Origin: Octopus sinensis
Lineage: Eukaryota
DNA length: 64,000 bases
NCBI RefSeq assembly: GCF_006345805.1
Contig: NC_043001.1
Location: 50,406,001-50,470,000 of the forward strand
Direction of reading: 5' to 3'
Under the pieces are notes generated by a model, which saw only the letters and a list, made by a program, of their open reading frames with translations, did not search any database and had not been told where the DNA came from. The translations under genes were made by a program, and so were the position numbers. Of the stretch, positions 25,500 to 38,326 are shown piece by piece (the stretch's first letter is position 1; each line of letters opens with the position of its first letter).

Positions 25500-25985
25500 C
25501 TCCACACTTTTGGGGAACAAAAGTATGGAGTGGAGTGAAAATGTTCGAAGGGGCCAAGATAACGCATGCAAGAATCAAGAGAGATTTAAGGAAGAATGTT
25601 ACGATCGAGAAGGTGAATCACAATAACCTTTTTGTGTGCAGTTTGTGACAGACCAAGCTTTTCTTTTGCTGGGCTCAAATCTCATTTGCGAACCCATGGA
25701 AAAAGGGCATCCTCCAACTATTCTGCCTATATGTCTGTGCACACCTTTCGATGCAATGTATGCAAAAAGGTCTGCAACTCTAACGGAGGCCTCAAGAGAC
25801 ATTTTAAGATCCACAAAGATCTGAACTTAACTAGCTCTTGGTGGTCCAAATTAGATATGCATTTTATGTGGGTGGCTTTTCAAAACTTTGTCTGGTTTAA
25901 AATGCCACATCAGATGCCATGATGGTTCTAAGGTGTAGGTACAGGAGGTGGTCAAACTCTGCATAAGGAGTAGACAATCACCATG
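25500..25985 (+). mobile_element. RTE-type LINE 3' end encoding three C2H2 zinc fingers (frameshifted)
   Basis: VWSGVKMFEGAKITHARIKRDLRK resembles the RTE post-RT segment. It is followed by CAVC-x12-HLRTH, CNVC-x12-HFKIH and CILC-x12-HIRCH, a TAG stop, and a TG-rich tail. Confidence 0.7.
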
Positions 25986-26856
25986 TGTGCGCATGTGTAT
26001 TTGTGTGTATGTATAGAGTGAGAGCATAAGGTAGTTGGAAAGCCAAAACATCCAATGTGACCAGGCAATATCACTGGCAATCTGTCCATATACATCACAT
26101 TTTTATATAAAAATGTAACTTAAATTACCACGCCTGCCATATCTACCCTTGATTATTAAAAACAACTATTCTACGAAATATACCCACCATAATTAACCTT
26201 TCGATTCTAAAAGTCTAGTACACACACAGCCCAAAGATACACGAACTTAGGCATGCACGCACATGTACACATATGCTCATTAGAATCACCCTCATTGTTT
26301 TAATTATTCTGCCTCAATCAATAGCTTACTATAAACCCACCTCTTCCCACTTCCTAACCCACTAAGAACCGTTTAAGCAACGTTTATTAGTATTTTTCAA
26401 ATTACTCTCTTAAGCTAAACTTTCAATCCTAAAAAATACAGTTTGGATAGGCCGGTATATCTAGTAAAACTAATATGTAACTGATATGCTTTTTTATGAT
26501 ATAGAATTACGTAAAATTAGCAGCTGCACTATATTCTGTATTGAATTTTTTATCAATAATGTTTTAATAAACTTTCAAATAGGGTTTCAATCTACACGAA
26601 CACGCGCGCACGCGTACACACACACAGACACGCGAGCACACACTCACACACATATGCATAAAATATTATATATAATATATATAAATTTTATATATATATA
26701 TATATATAGGTATATGCATATATATGTCCAAATGTACATATATGTTATATGTATGGATATTTATATACGTACATATGCATGTATATATACGTATATATAT
26801 CGTAATACATACATACATACATTCATATATATAGATATATATATATAATATATATA

Positions 26857-26889
<33 letters not shown>

Positions 26890-26890
26890 G

Positions 26891-26960
<70 letters not shown>

Positions 26961-26963
26961 TGG

Positions 26964-27206
26964 TGGAGGCGCGTGGCTTAGTGCTTAGGATGTTGGACTC
27001 ATGATCTTAAGATTGTGGTTTCGATTTCTGGATCGGGCGATGCGTTGTGTTTTTGAGCAAAACACTTCATTTCACGTTGATCCAGTCCACTCAGCTGACA
27101 AAAGTAAGTAATCTCGTGACGGATCGGCGACCCGTCTATGTGGGGAATATATACGAGAAACCGAGAAACCGGCCCTTAGGAGCCTGGCATAGCTCGAGGA
27201 AAAACC
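26964..27206 (+). mobile_element. tRNA-derived SINE family C (GGAGGCGCGTGGCTTAGTG head)
   Basis: A-box TGGCTTAGTG, B-box GTTTCGATTTC, core TTGTGTTTTTGAGCAAAACACTTCATTTCACGTTG (Deu/Nin-domain-like, from recall). Confidence 0.8.
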
Positions 27207-27278
27207 ATTTATTATTATTATTACTATTATTATTATTACTATTATTATTATTATTACTATTATTATTATTATTATCAC

Positions 27279-27312
<34 letters not shown>

Positions 27313-27579
27313 GTGTGTGTGTGTGTGATAACAAGTATTTTCGAATGGAAATTCATAAATCTTTTAATGCATTGCTACAAACGTTTCCACAAACTCATGA
27401 TTTAGTTGTTATATTCCTCACCCATGGATTTTAAGAAGATTAATACATGTGTTCGTTTCCTCATGAATATTGTATTGACGAGAACAATGCAAGATAGAAA
27501 CAATATGCCGTAGCATAAGAGATTTTATGAGTTCACTCAAAAACGTTTCACATAAACAGGCTTAAAGGATATATAATAT

Positions 27580-27638
<59 letters not shown>

Positions 27639-27819
27639 TATGTAAAATTAAATGAGGGACGTTTTTCTTGAGAACACACTCTTCGTGGTAAGGCAATTTG
27701 ACGTCTATCCTTAGCATATAGGAATCCACTTTAGTGGTCATTCCTCTTAATCTTCTTAATTATATATTATATATATGTATGCATGTATATATGATGTATA
27801 TATATATATATATATAAAT

Positions 27820-28545
27820 ATATAATTATTATTTGAGGGAATAAAATCCAAACTTACTAGGAAAAAAATCAATTTAGAAATACTAAATCAAAATTCACAC
27901 CAATATAATATATATATAATAAATAATATATATATATATATATATAATTAGAAAAAAAACACCTTCTATCAATTCAAATGTACAATTAAATTACAACATC
28001 TAGAAAATTACATATAATAGAAAAATTGAAATTAAAATAACAATAAAATTAAATTAAAATAAAATTATATGATGTATATATATATATATATATAATTATT
28101 ATTTGAGGGAATAAAATCCAAACTTACAAGGAAAAAAATTCAATTTAGAAATACTAAATCAAATTTCACACAATATAATATATATATATAAAGAATTAGA
28201 AAAAAAACACCTTCTATCAATTCAAAATGAACAATTAAATTACACCATCTAGAAAATTACATATAATAGAAAAATTGAAACTAAAATAACAATAAAATTA
28301 AATTAAAATACAATTGAAATTAGAATAACAATAAAATGCCAATGATTAAGTAAATTGCAAAAAATAATAATAAAATCGTATATAATAGGTAGAAAAATAT
28401 ATACGTTTTTATTATTTTTTTTTGCAATTTACTTAATCTTTGACATTTTATTGTTATTTTAATTTCAATTTTCCTATTATATGTAATTTTCTAGATGGTG
28501 TAATTTAATTTTTCATTTTGAATTGATAAAAGGTGGTTTTTTTTT
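27820..28545. repeat. AT-rich foldback element with a tandemly duplicated left arm
   Basis: Unit ATTATTTGAGGGAATAAAATCC...AATTAGAAAAAAAACACCTT occurs twice (~27825, ~28095); inverted arm at 28400-28545. Confidence 0.75.
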
Positions 28546-28588
28546 CTAATTTTCTCTCTCTCTCTCTCTCTCTCTCTCCTCTCTATTA

Positions 28589-28630
<42 letters not shown>

Positions 28631-28646
28631 TATATATATATCTATA

Positions 28647-28682
<36 letters not shown>

Positions 28683-28970
28683 TGTATGTATGTATGATGT
28701 ATGTATATATGCGTGTGTGTGTGTTGTGCATGTAAACAACTCAAGATGTAAAATGCTGTACAAGAATATTTATAATTAATGATTAGTGACAGCCAGTAAA
28801 ATGCAGCAAATTTTGATCATATGATCTTGTCAGAGGGCCAAAATCATGGAATCGAAATATTCTACAGACGAAATGACAGAGAAATAGTTTGATGAAATTT
28901 TATTTAACAGTAAAAAAATTCTAATTTCACAATATATATGTGCATGGTTGTACATGTATGTATGAGCATA

Positions 28971-29010
<40 letters not shown>

Positions 29011-29091
29011 GTAAATTCTTCTACTTACATAATATCGAGGTCTCTTTTCATTCTTTTGTCTTATTATTCTATCAATATATATATTTCTATC

Positions 29092-29125
<34 letters not shown>

Positions 29126-29276
29126 TGTGTATGTGTATATCTATATATATGTTAGACTTACGTTAAAAATTTAAACTTGCTTTAATTACGCAAAACTTTT
29201 ATACGTATAAGTATTTTCACACTCCCACGCACACACGCACACATACCACACACACAACACACACACCATATTATAT

Positions 29277-29323
<47 letters not shown>

Positions 29324-29334
29324 ATATATTATTT

Positions 29335-29623
29335 ATGCGTCTTTTGAATCTAGCCAGGCTCATGGGTCAGGTTTCCCTGTTTCTATGGCGATGTGTTCCC
29401 CCAGCTGGACGGGACGCAGCGTTACTCAAGAAACAGGAAGAAGGATTTAGAGAAAGTTGGGGGGAAAGAGTACAACAGGTTGTTGCCACCACCTCCTGCC
29501 GGAGCCTCGTGGAGCTTTAGGTGTTTTCGCCCAATAAACACACACAACGCCCGGTCTGTGAATTGAAACCGCGATCCTCCGACCGCGAGTCCTCTGCCCT
29601 AACCAGTGGGCCATTGCGCCTCC
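29335..29623 (-). mobile_element. SINE family C
   Basis: Reverse-strand head GGAGGCGCAATGGCCCACTGGTTAGGGCAG and B-box GGTTTCAATTC. Confidence 0.8.
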
Positions 29624-29637
29624 ACAACACACACATG

Positions 29638-29669
<32 letters not shown>

Positions 29670-29754
29670 TATTCGAGACAAAACCACTATTTTGCAAAAC
29701 AAACAAGGAAATACTAATTAATCATAAAATTTTAATAAATAGTCAAAAAAACCG

Positions 29755-29797
29755 CCACTACAATCGTTTCTTGTCTTGATCGACAATCTTCAGGTGG
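29755..29797 (-). ncRNA. Minimal type-I hammerhead ribozyme motif (mirror copy)
   Basis: Exact reverse complement of 29840-29882. Confidence 0.8.
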
Positions 29798-29839
29798 ACT
29801 TCCAATAATTCAGTGTCTTGACACTGAATTATTGGAAGT

Positions 29840-29882
29840 CCACCTGAAGATTGTCGATCAAGACAAGAAACGATTGTAGTGG
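29840..29882 (+). ncRNA. Minimal type-I hammerhead ribozyme motif
   Basis: CCAC-CTGAAGA-TTGTC(GATCAA)GACAA-GAAAC(GATT)GTA^GTGG: stem I, CUGANGA core, 5-bp stem II, GAAA and GUA cleavage triplet are all intact. Confidence 0.8.
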
Positions 29883-30416
29883 CGGTTTTTTTGACTATTT
29901 ATTCAAATTTAATGTATTAATTAAGTCCTTTCCTTGTTTGTTTGCAAAATAGTGGTTTTGTCTCGAATAATCTTTTATAATATTTACTTAAATCGATTTA
30001 ATCCTAATCTGATTTTTTTTCCCTGTAAATTTTGAATTATTCCCTAATATTTATTATTTATATATATATATATTATATATATATATAATATATATATATA
30101 TATATGTGTATATGTAGGTATGATGTATGTATGTATGTATGTATGTATGTACGTGTATGTCTATCTTTTATTTTTTTATGGTAACGTTAGGGAATGCAAA
30201 TAAAGCTCCTATTATGCCAGCCACCATGATACTGACTAGTAAGTCAGTTTCCCGGGGCTGCATCATTGTTATACCGGTATAATGTAGGATGAATATAATA
30301 ATAACAATAATTCTAGGATGGAATTTATCGATATTTAATACATTGCTAAGCACGTTTCTACAAATCACATGATTCTGACATCCGAGTCGGTACCCTTGGT
30401 ACAGTATAATCCGTAA

Positions 30417-30647
30417 GGCGGTGAGCTGGCAGAAACGTTAGCATGCCGGGCGAAATGCGTAGCCGTATTTCGTCTGCTGTTACGTTCTGATTTCAAATTC
30501 CGCCGAGGTCGACTTTGCCTTTCATCCTTTCGGGGTCGATTAAATAAGTACCAGTTACGCACTGGGGTTGATATAATCGACTTAATCTGTTTGTCTGTCT
30601 TTGTTTGTCCTCTCTGTGTTTAGCCCCTTGTGGGTAGTAAAGAAATA
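30417..30647 (+). mobile_element. SINE family B with the Tx1-like tail and a 13-bp TSD
   Basis: TSD AGTATAATCCGTA at 30403-30415 and 30648-30660; tail TCTCTGTGTTTAGCCCCTTGTGGGTAGTAAAGAAATA. Confidence 0.92.
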
Positions 30648-30771
30648 AGTATAATCCGTATTATCCGTGGGCATCCGGTTGATCATCATCATTGGTTCAT
30701 TTCATGAGATGATACTGCATTATTGGATGAATCACAGAGGGATGTTTATTCCTTCTTACCTGTATGAAGGC

Positions 30772-30811
<40 letters not shown>

Positions 30812-31140
30812 TGCAACGGTAGTCGGACACAATATACAGGTGGGGTAGGGACAATAACATAATAACATATCGTTTAATTCTGAAAAATTCCAAGTCCTGC
30901 ACTACCAGCACACAAAGTTGAATTAAATGCTTACGTGTGTATGTGTGTATGTATGTGTGTATATACATGCGTGTGTGTTTGTGTGCGTTCGTTGGGTGTG
31001 GGCGCATGTGTGTACATATACATATATGTATGCATGTATGTGTGTGTTTGTGTGCATTCGTTGGGTGTGGGCGCATGTGTGTACATATACATATATGTAT
31101 GTATGTATGTGTGTGTTTGTGTGTGTGCAAAAAGAAAGGG

Positions 31141-31244
<104 letters not shown>

Positions 31245-32769
31245 TATCTAATTTGGAAGAGAAATGTTGTAGTTATTCGGTTTAGTCTATAAAATTTATC
31301 TCGTTATATGTCTGGTAGGAATTTTATCTTTTCTTGCTCGATGAAAATCAAAGTCGACCACGCTCGATTTAAACTCAATTTAAACTCAAAATGCAGAGGG
31401 ATGAAGTGAAATGCTGAATAACATTTAGTCCGAGGCGCTACTCTTTCTTCTATTTCATCAATTTTAGTTGGAAAATATATTTTACAACAGTGATTAGTAA
31501 TAGAAACGAATAAAAACAAAAAGAACAAAAACGCACCAAAGTGTTGGATATCCATGCTGAATAAAAAAGATTTGCTATTTGTGTTTTAGCACGTTCTACA
31601 TGAATACATGGCATTTTCTCTGGTTAACATCTGCATAAGCAGCAAAATGCAACAAGGAAAATAATCAAACAAGGTCCAATGACAGTAATTGCGTAACGGA
31701 ACCGACGACGCCACTTCTCGCTCTTTTCTGACCTGGCCATTTTCGCTGACACACTCAGTACGACCTCTCGACTAGATTACTTTTAACGTAGAGTCTGTTG
31801 CACAAGTAAATTCGTTTTACAATAATACTAATTTCAACGAAAAATCAAGTTTCGCAGTAGAATAATCTCGTATGGATATCAATTTGAAGATTTAAATTCA
31901 AGCCAAGTTAATCCTTAGGAAATTCAATACAGCAAGAGGGCATTTCTTCTCAAGAGTGTAGCGTCTATAGGAAGACTAATTCGGGAAAAAAGCAAAGTTC
32001 AGTTTAAGAAGAACAGTTTCAAGGAAGATGTAATTTCTCGATGAAGATTAATTTATATAAGTCCAAATTTCTTGGTTAGTTGTTGCTGAGGAAAATATTT
32101 CCAAGCAAATATAATTCAGATAAACCTTTGTCAATTGAAATTAATGAGAAAGCAAGCTAACGATGTCTGTGAGTTCTTTGGCTATTTGTTTTGCTTCTTG
32201 AATCTGGGGTTTTGGAAGAGTTCGATTTAGATTTTTTCTTTTGCTTGGATGCACGTATTCTCATAAAATACCTTGCAGCTGCTGATTGGGCGGTTGAACC
32301 GAAAACTAGTTTGGAAAATGCTCGCTTGAAAATAAACGTGAGAATATTTCCCCATATATTAAACAGGCACATCAGTAAAAAACAGAGTAACAGTGTAAGA
32401 TACTGTTATGTTGGTGTTAAATGTAATGACGCCTAATCCACATACAATTAATGAATATGTATAGAGAGACGTTATGTTTTTGTTCAAATATGGAAAAATA
32501 TGCCCTAAATTTCTATTCAGTTAATTTTAAACATAAACCATCTGCTTATTACTGAATTAATTACAAAAATATTTCATATTCATAAAAGAAAAACAGATCG
32601 ATACACAATAACCATGATAATATATATGATAATTTAAACATTAGAACAGTTGCTACTATTATGGTGACAATTATTTTTATCACCCCCCCCCCACACCAAG
32701 GTATTCATGTGTTAATACAAAGAAAAGGGGCTCAGTTTGAGGTAAGTTAAAAAAATTAATATTTTGCTC

Positions 32770-32990
32770 GGAAGGATTGGCAGAATTGTTAAAGCGTCAA
32801 ACAAATTGCCGTCTGGTGTTTAATTATTGCCTTTTAAGTTCTGAGTTCATAATTCCGCAATAACCAATTTTATCTTTCATACTTCGGGTATTGATAAAAT
32901 AAAATACCAGTCAAGTAATGAAGTCGAATAAATCGACTAAACCTCCCCGACAAAAGCATGTCAATGGTAGAAATCAATATTTTACTTGGA
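32770..32990 (+). mobile_element. Degenerate SINE family B
   Basis: Head GGATTGGCAGAATTGTTAAAGCG, B-box GAGTTCATAATTCC, AAATACCAG body. Confidence 0.6.
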
Positions 32991-33947
32991 ATAGGTGCTT
33001 GCCTGATACGATAGAATTTCCGATTAAATATATGCTAAATTCAGAACCTACCAGCGTAAACTTTTCCTTCGTATCTCTTTACGCTGATAAAATAAATCCC
33101 AACTTCCGTTAAGCCTAATTTTGTTTTGGACTTAATCCCGTCACAAAAGAGTGATCGTGTGCCAAAGTTAGGTATCGATATTTTATTTAGACTCAACGAA
33201 TCATACAAAGTAACCTGGTTTTGGTATCGAGTTGAAATCATGCATCATTAGTGCCCAAAGAGAATACTTAAGCACTATGGCATGCCGTCACTTTCACCTA
33301 TTATTATTCAGCATTTTGTTTAAATGAAACATCAACATTTCGTTCGAATAGTTGAACTTTTACTGATATTGTAGATTCCTAACTACAAATAAAAGCTCCA
33401 AGGATCTCGATTTTTGTAACAAAAATCCGTCTACAATATGTCGGAATTATCGACAACAGGCTGGCATGACTCTGACAACAGGCTGGCATCATATCCACGA
33501 AAAAGTTTATTTCCCATCCACTTAATACAGGTACTCATCATAAGAGTTTTAATGATAATCGCTTTAAATTGAAAAAACTGCACTACTTGGGAGATATTTA
33601 CTTATTACTGTATGTAGTTCTTTTAAAGTATATTATTTCATATTTCATACATTCCTTTCTGACCAAGGTAAATATTTCTTTGACTCTGTTTTCCTTTCAC
33701 ACGTAACATGTTTTACTCAAATTAAAATTCTTTCAAAATTATTGAGCTTTACGTCTTCAATAACTTCTCATTTTAACCTTTACGCGATGCACACACACAC
33801 AACACACACATACATACATACATACTCAATATAACTAGTATGGACCTGGAAAGACACGGACTCAGTATACAGTTGGTATATATATTATTGTGATAGTGAG
33901 AGACCCTGTAGAGAGCCCATCCGTTTCACAGGCCTCTTTCTCTCTCC

Positions 33948-34027
<80 letters not shown>

Positions 34028-34614
34028 GGTGAAACTTTTAATCGCATTTTGCTTTTCAGGGACATTTATGAATAAGTTCCAATTATAAATGGAAGCACAC
34101 CTGTTTCCTGTATTAGACTACTTCTCGTCTCGTACAAATTAGATGATTCATCCACAACGTACTATGAACCTCATATTCACTTTTCAGGTTGAAGCATTAA
34201 GTTTATATAGAAAGTCCCTTTCTTGAGATAATTTAAGTTACCATCAGTCGTTACACTTCAGACGATCTCACTTTTCTTTTTCTTTTTATTTTCAAGAATC
34301 TGCTCTATATCAAAATGTAATTTTAGACGCTTTATCACTTTATCAAGAAACGATCTCGATATATAAAGGGATAAAAATATAGAGGAATAAAAATGAACCT
34401 AAAAATAGGTCTAGGAGAATAATTTGGTTTGACCCTCTCCCCTTTCCTTTAATGTTAAACCCAACATAGGTGAAACATTACTGTCTCCTTAAGATAAACT
34501 TTTTCCCGTAAATCACAGGTACAGAATGATATTCAACAGGCGCTCAGTCAAATTATCACATAGATGCTGTTCCAATATGAAGAGCATCGTTAAGCGGTAA
34601 TTTTCACCAAGAGC

Positions 34615-34990
34615 GTACGCCCATTTGTAACTGTAGAGACCCAGGAACCTGTCTATTCGGCCAGAGGTGCATGATTAAATCTGTCGTATATGAGGCTGAA
34701 GTTGCAGCAATGCTAGTTGATAACATAACCTAAAAGAAGAGTGACATCGGATATGCTAACCACATATCTTCCTTCCGACACAGGGACAAAAGTAAAGTCA
34801 CTAAGCTTACTAGCCATGTATGGGGTTTGAAGTCTAACACCACGTCACATACAGTCAAGTATAAAAGAGTTGTAAAGCCCACACCATATGTCAATGGACC
34901 CTAAAAAATGCAAACTAAGCTGATTCGTAGATTACAGATCCAAACCATTACTGAAACTGAAAAAATCTGTAAAAGAAGTCTATCGTTTAA
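34615..34990 (+). mobile_element. Penelope-like GIY-YIG endonuclease relic
   Basis: CNCRDPGTCLFGQRCMIKSVVYEAEV...NHISSFRHRDKS...TKLTSHVWGLK matches the PLE CNC/GIY-YIG/NHxxSF layout; interrupted. Confidence 0.65.
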
Positions 34991-35089
34991 GGATATATGA
35001 GCATGTCTAGATATGTGGCTATATGCATAAGAAGACATACATAAAACAAAACATACAAATCTGCACGGATAGATAGATAGCTAGCTAGC

Positions 35090-35182
<93 letters not shown>

Positions 35183-37580
35183 GCCTACATACATACATAC
35201 ATACATACATACCAAAATATCCTATTGCTGATGTTGAAAAGCCAATGAACGAGACTTGGATCTAAGTTAGAAACCGGCTCTTTCTCTATTGGCAAGAAAT
35301 CTTGAAATAAAACTGAATAATGACATACATACACACATACATACATACATACATACATACATACATACATACATACATACATACATACATGCATACATAC
35401 ATGCATACATACATACATACATAGGTCTTTGCATTCTCGAAACAGACAGTGATCAATCGATAGTGTCGAACGTATTATATAAGTAATCAATATAAATAAC
35501 CACGTTTAGCAGCACAGTTCATAGTCATCGGTTCTTAGATCGATTACCTGAGTCACATACACAATTTCATGACTCGTCTTTTGACATCGATTTCGTTCAA
35601 TCAGTAACGGTCATTCCCCTTTCGCGCTTTAACGGCAGTCTTGACAAGTTTTGTACAAAAAGAATGTTATGCGTACATTTGGATTCGATTGGTGTTCTTG
35701 AATTTTCTTGAATTTTTTACGCATGCATAGCAGATACTATCATTTTCAGCTAAGGAAGCCAATTGTCAATATTTTTTCACAGCCATCGGAGCGCTAAGCG
35801 CTCCTCACGAACAACGTTCGTGAGATGTTGTGATCTGTAAGCAGTTCTGAGTAGGAACCGGAAAAAGAAGAATCAATACGCAATGCGCATGTGCACACTC
35901 AATTTGTAAAACGGAAGACAAGAATAAACACACAATGCGCATGTCAAAATGAAACAGAAGACAAGAATAAAAACGCAACGTCGAGCAAATATTGACCGGT
36001 AGGGACATGGTATTTCGCTATGCAACCATAGTATACTACAAAGTATATTAAACTCCTAAAAGGTTATATACGCCCATTACCTAGTTTTCATCCATGATAT
36101 CATTGTTTGTTTACATCTGACGTCTTTGATATGAAACGTCGTAACAAAATCAATGCTGGCTATAATTTCTATTGAAAATCTGTAGAGATAACCTTAACAA
36201 GTGAAAAGAATACATTCTCACACAGCATATACATTTGCCCTTGCATACATAATGAGATGTATGCTCTCACTCACATTGCATGTTGTCGGCTAGAGACTCT
36301 AACATAGACATATGAAAAAGTATACGTACGTTATGACACGATGCATATTTTTCCTGTTTCCTATTAATGTGCCTATGAAAATTTGTGTTAACATGAACTC
36401 TAGGCATTTATGTTAATTTAAGTTCTATCACATCTTTGTGACAGTGAACGTTTAGCAAAAAAACTTCTGCCTTCTTAAGTTTTATTTTGTATTGTATTTT
36501 CAAATTTCTTCTGTTTCATCTGTCGTGGCCAGCCTAATTTTGTTACAAAATAAAACCACAGTTGATATATCACAGCGGGACACTTCGTCTATTATAAGAA
36601 TTGCTTTTTCGGAATATATTTCGTTAAACACAGAGAATATGTGTAAATGTTAATAATAACAAGTATTAATGTTATGTTTCTACCTACGGTTTCAATTTTA
36701 GTCGTACAATCATCAGTGATTGCTGTGTAATCCAAAGAGAGTGGATTACACAGCAGTTGTTTTATATTTTAGATGAATAGGTTGTATTCCATCTCATGTG
36801 ACTCTACTCAGAAGGCTGTAATATCATTTGACAGGAAAACCGGTATAAAGAATATATAAAACAAGGCTGTGACTTTATATACCTTTAATGTGGCCACACA
36901 CACACACATACATATATATATGCTGAATGATAAATGAAAATGGTTTGATGCGTGGAGGCCATGGTCTTCTGTGCGTTAGCTCCTATCTGCTACTGGCGTG
37001 TAGTGTGAGAGATAGCCAGTTAGGTTACATATTCACAGTCTCGCGTCTCGATGCAGAAAGAGGTAGTTGTAAGAGCTCGAGCCAAAATCTCACAGTCTAA
37101 CGCCATCTAGTGCTAGTTTGTTTAAACCCGCTGTCAAGTGGGGTAACTGCGCCTACAGTATATGCAGCTGCGTTGTTCCGTAACATCAAAAAGTAGGGGT
37201 GTAATTCTATTCAACTATGTATGTATGTAAGAATGTATGTATGTATGTATGTATGTATGTATGTATGTATGCATGTTTGTATGTATGTATGCATGTATGT
37301 ATGTATGTATGTATGTATGTATAATTGGTTCTATACTTCAAAATGTGCACTATTGAGAGATAGAGATTAGTATGAATATTTGCTAATACATTGACCTATA
37401 TATATATTTATGTTGTAGAACACAAAACAGTCAATACTAAGCGTAGGAGGTATTATAATGTAATGTAACAAACATATTAAAAATACACGTAAAATACACG
37501 TGGAAATGTACATATTGATATTAATATCTATAAAAGATTGCATTATATTCATAATTATATATTTATATGTATGTGTATAG

Positions 37581-37627
<47 letters not shown>

Positions 37628-37701
37628 CATGTATGTATGTATGTATGCATGTATATATTTATGTATGCGCTTGTATGTAGCCATGTTTGTATATATATTA
37701 T

Positions 37702-37758
<57 letters not shown>

Positions 37759-37913
37759 TATATATACGGGTTTGTATAATTGTGTATAGAAGAATATATT
37801 AATCAAAGGAATTTCCAACTTTGATTTTCACGTTTTATTTACAATCTTATAATAATGTAATATAAGATAATATAATGTAATGAAATGATACAATGTTAAA
37901 TATTCATTTTGAT

Positions 37914-37958
37914 TGAACTAGTACTTTCATGCATTAAACTATGCAATCTTCAGGTTCA
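37914..37958 (-). ncRNA. Minimal type-I hammerhead ribozyme motif
   Basis: TGAAC-CTGAAGA-T-TGCAT(AGTTTA)ATGCA-T-GAAAG(TA)CTA^GTTCA; 5-bp stems I and II; palindromic stem III AGTACT; U.U mismatch at the base of stem II. Confidence 0.7.
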
Positions 37959-38170
37959 TATAATTATGATGACAGTTATGTTTTACAATTTACAACTGTA
38001 GTGAGATGGCTGAAATGCGTGTCTTAACTACATTTGTATAGGCTCCAGAATGTTAAGTTTTGCAAACTGTATTCTGACCAATCAGTATGTGGCTTTACTA
38101 AACTACTTAAGTTGATTGGTGCTTGGTTTTAGCGTCACGGTGGGAAAACATAACTGCCACCACTACTGTA

Positions 38171-38215
38171 TAAACCTGAAGATTGCATAGTTTAAAGCAT
38201 GAAAGTACTAGTTCA
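38171..38215 (+). ncRNA. Hammerhead motif, mirror copy with two stem mismatches
   Basis: TAAAC-CTGAAGA-TTGCATAGTTTAAAGCAT-GAAAGTACTA^GTTCA. Confidence 0.6.
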
Positions 38216-38326
38216 ATCAGAATGAACATTTAACATTCTATCATTACATTATATTATATTATATTATATTATATTATATTATATTATATTATTATAAGAT
38301 TGTAGATAATTCTTTTGATTGATATA

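Larger units (their letters stand above)
29662..30060. mobile_element. Foldback element between (TA)n tracts, with a perfect 170-bp palindromic core
   Basis: 29734-29903 is a perfect inverted repeat with a 2-nt TT loop; the outer arms have mismatches. Confidence 0.9.
37835..38306. mobile_element. Foldback element (~125-bp arms, ~210-bp spacer)
   Basis: 37835-37958 is the reverse complement of 38171-38306, with few mismatches. Confidence 0.85.

Noticed and set aside
30925-31130. ~63-bp direct repeats, plus short repeats at 33470-33490, 59845-59910 and 61948-62000, considered as CRISPR-like arrays
   Set aside because: Simple tandem duplications with no unique spacers, in a eukaryotic context.
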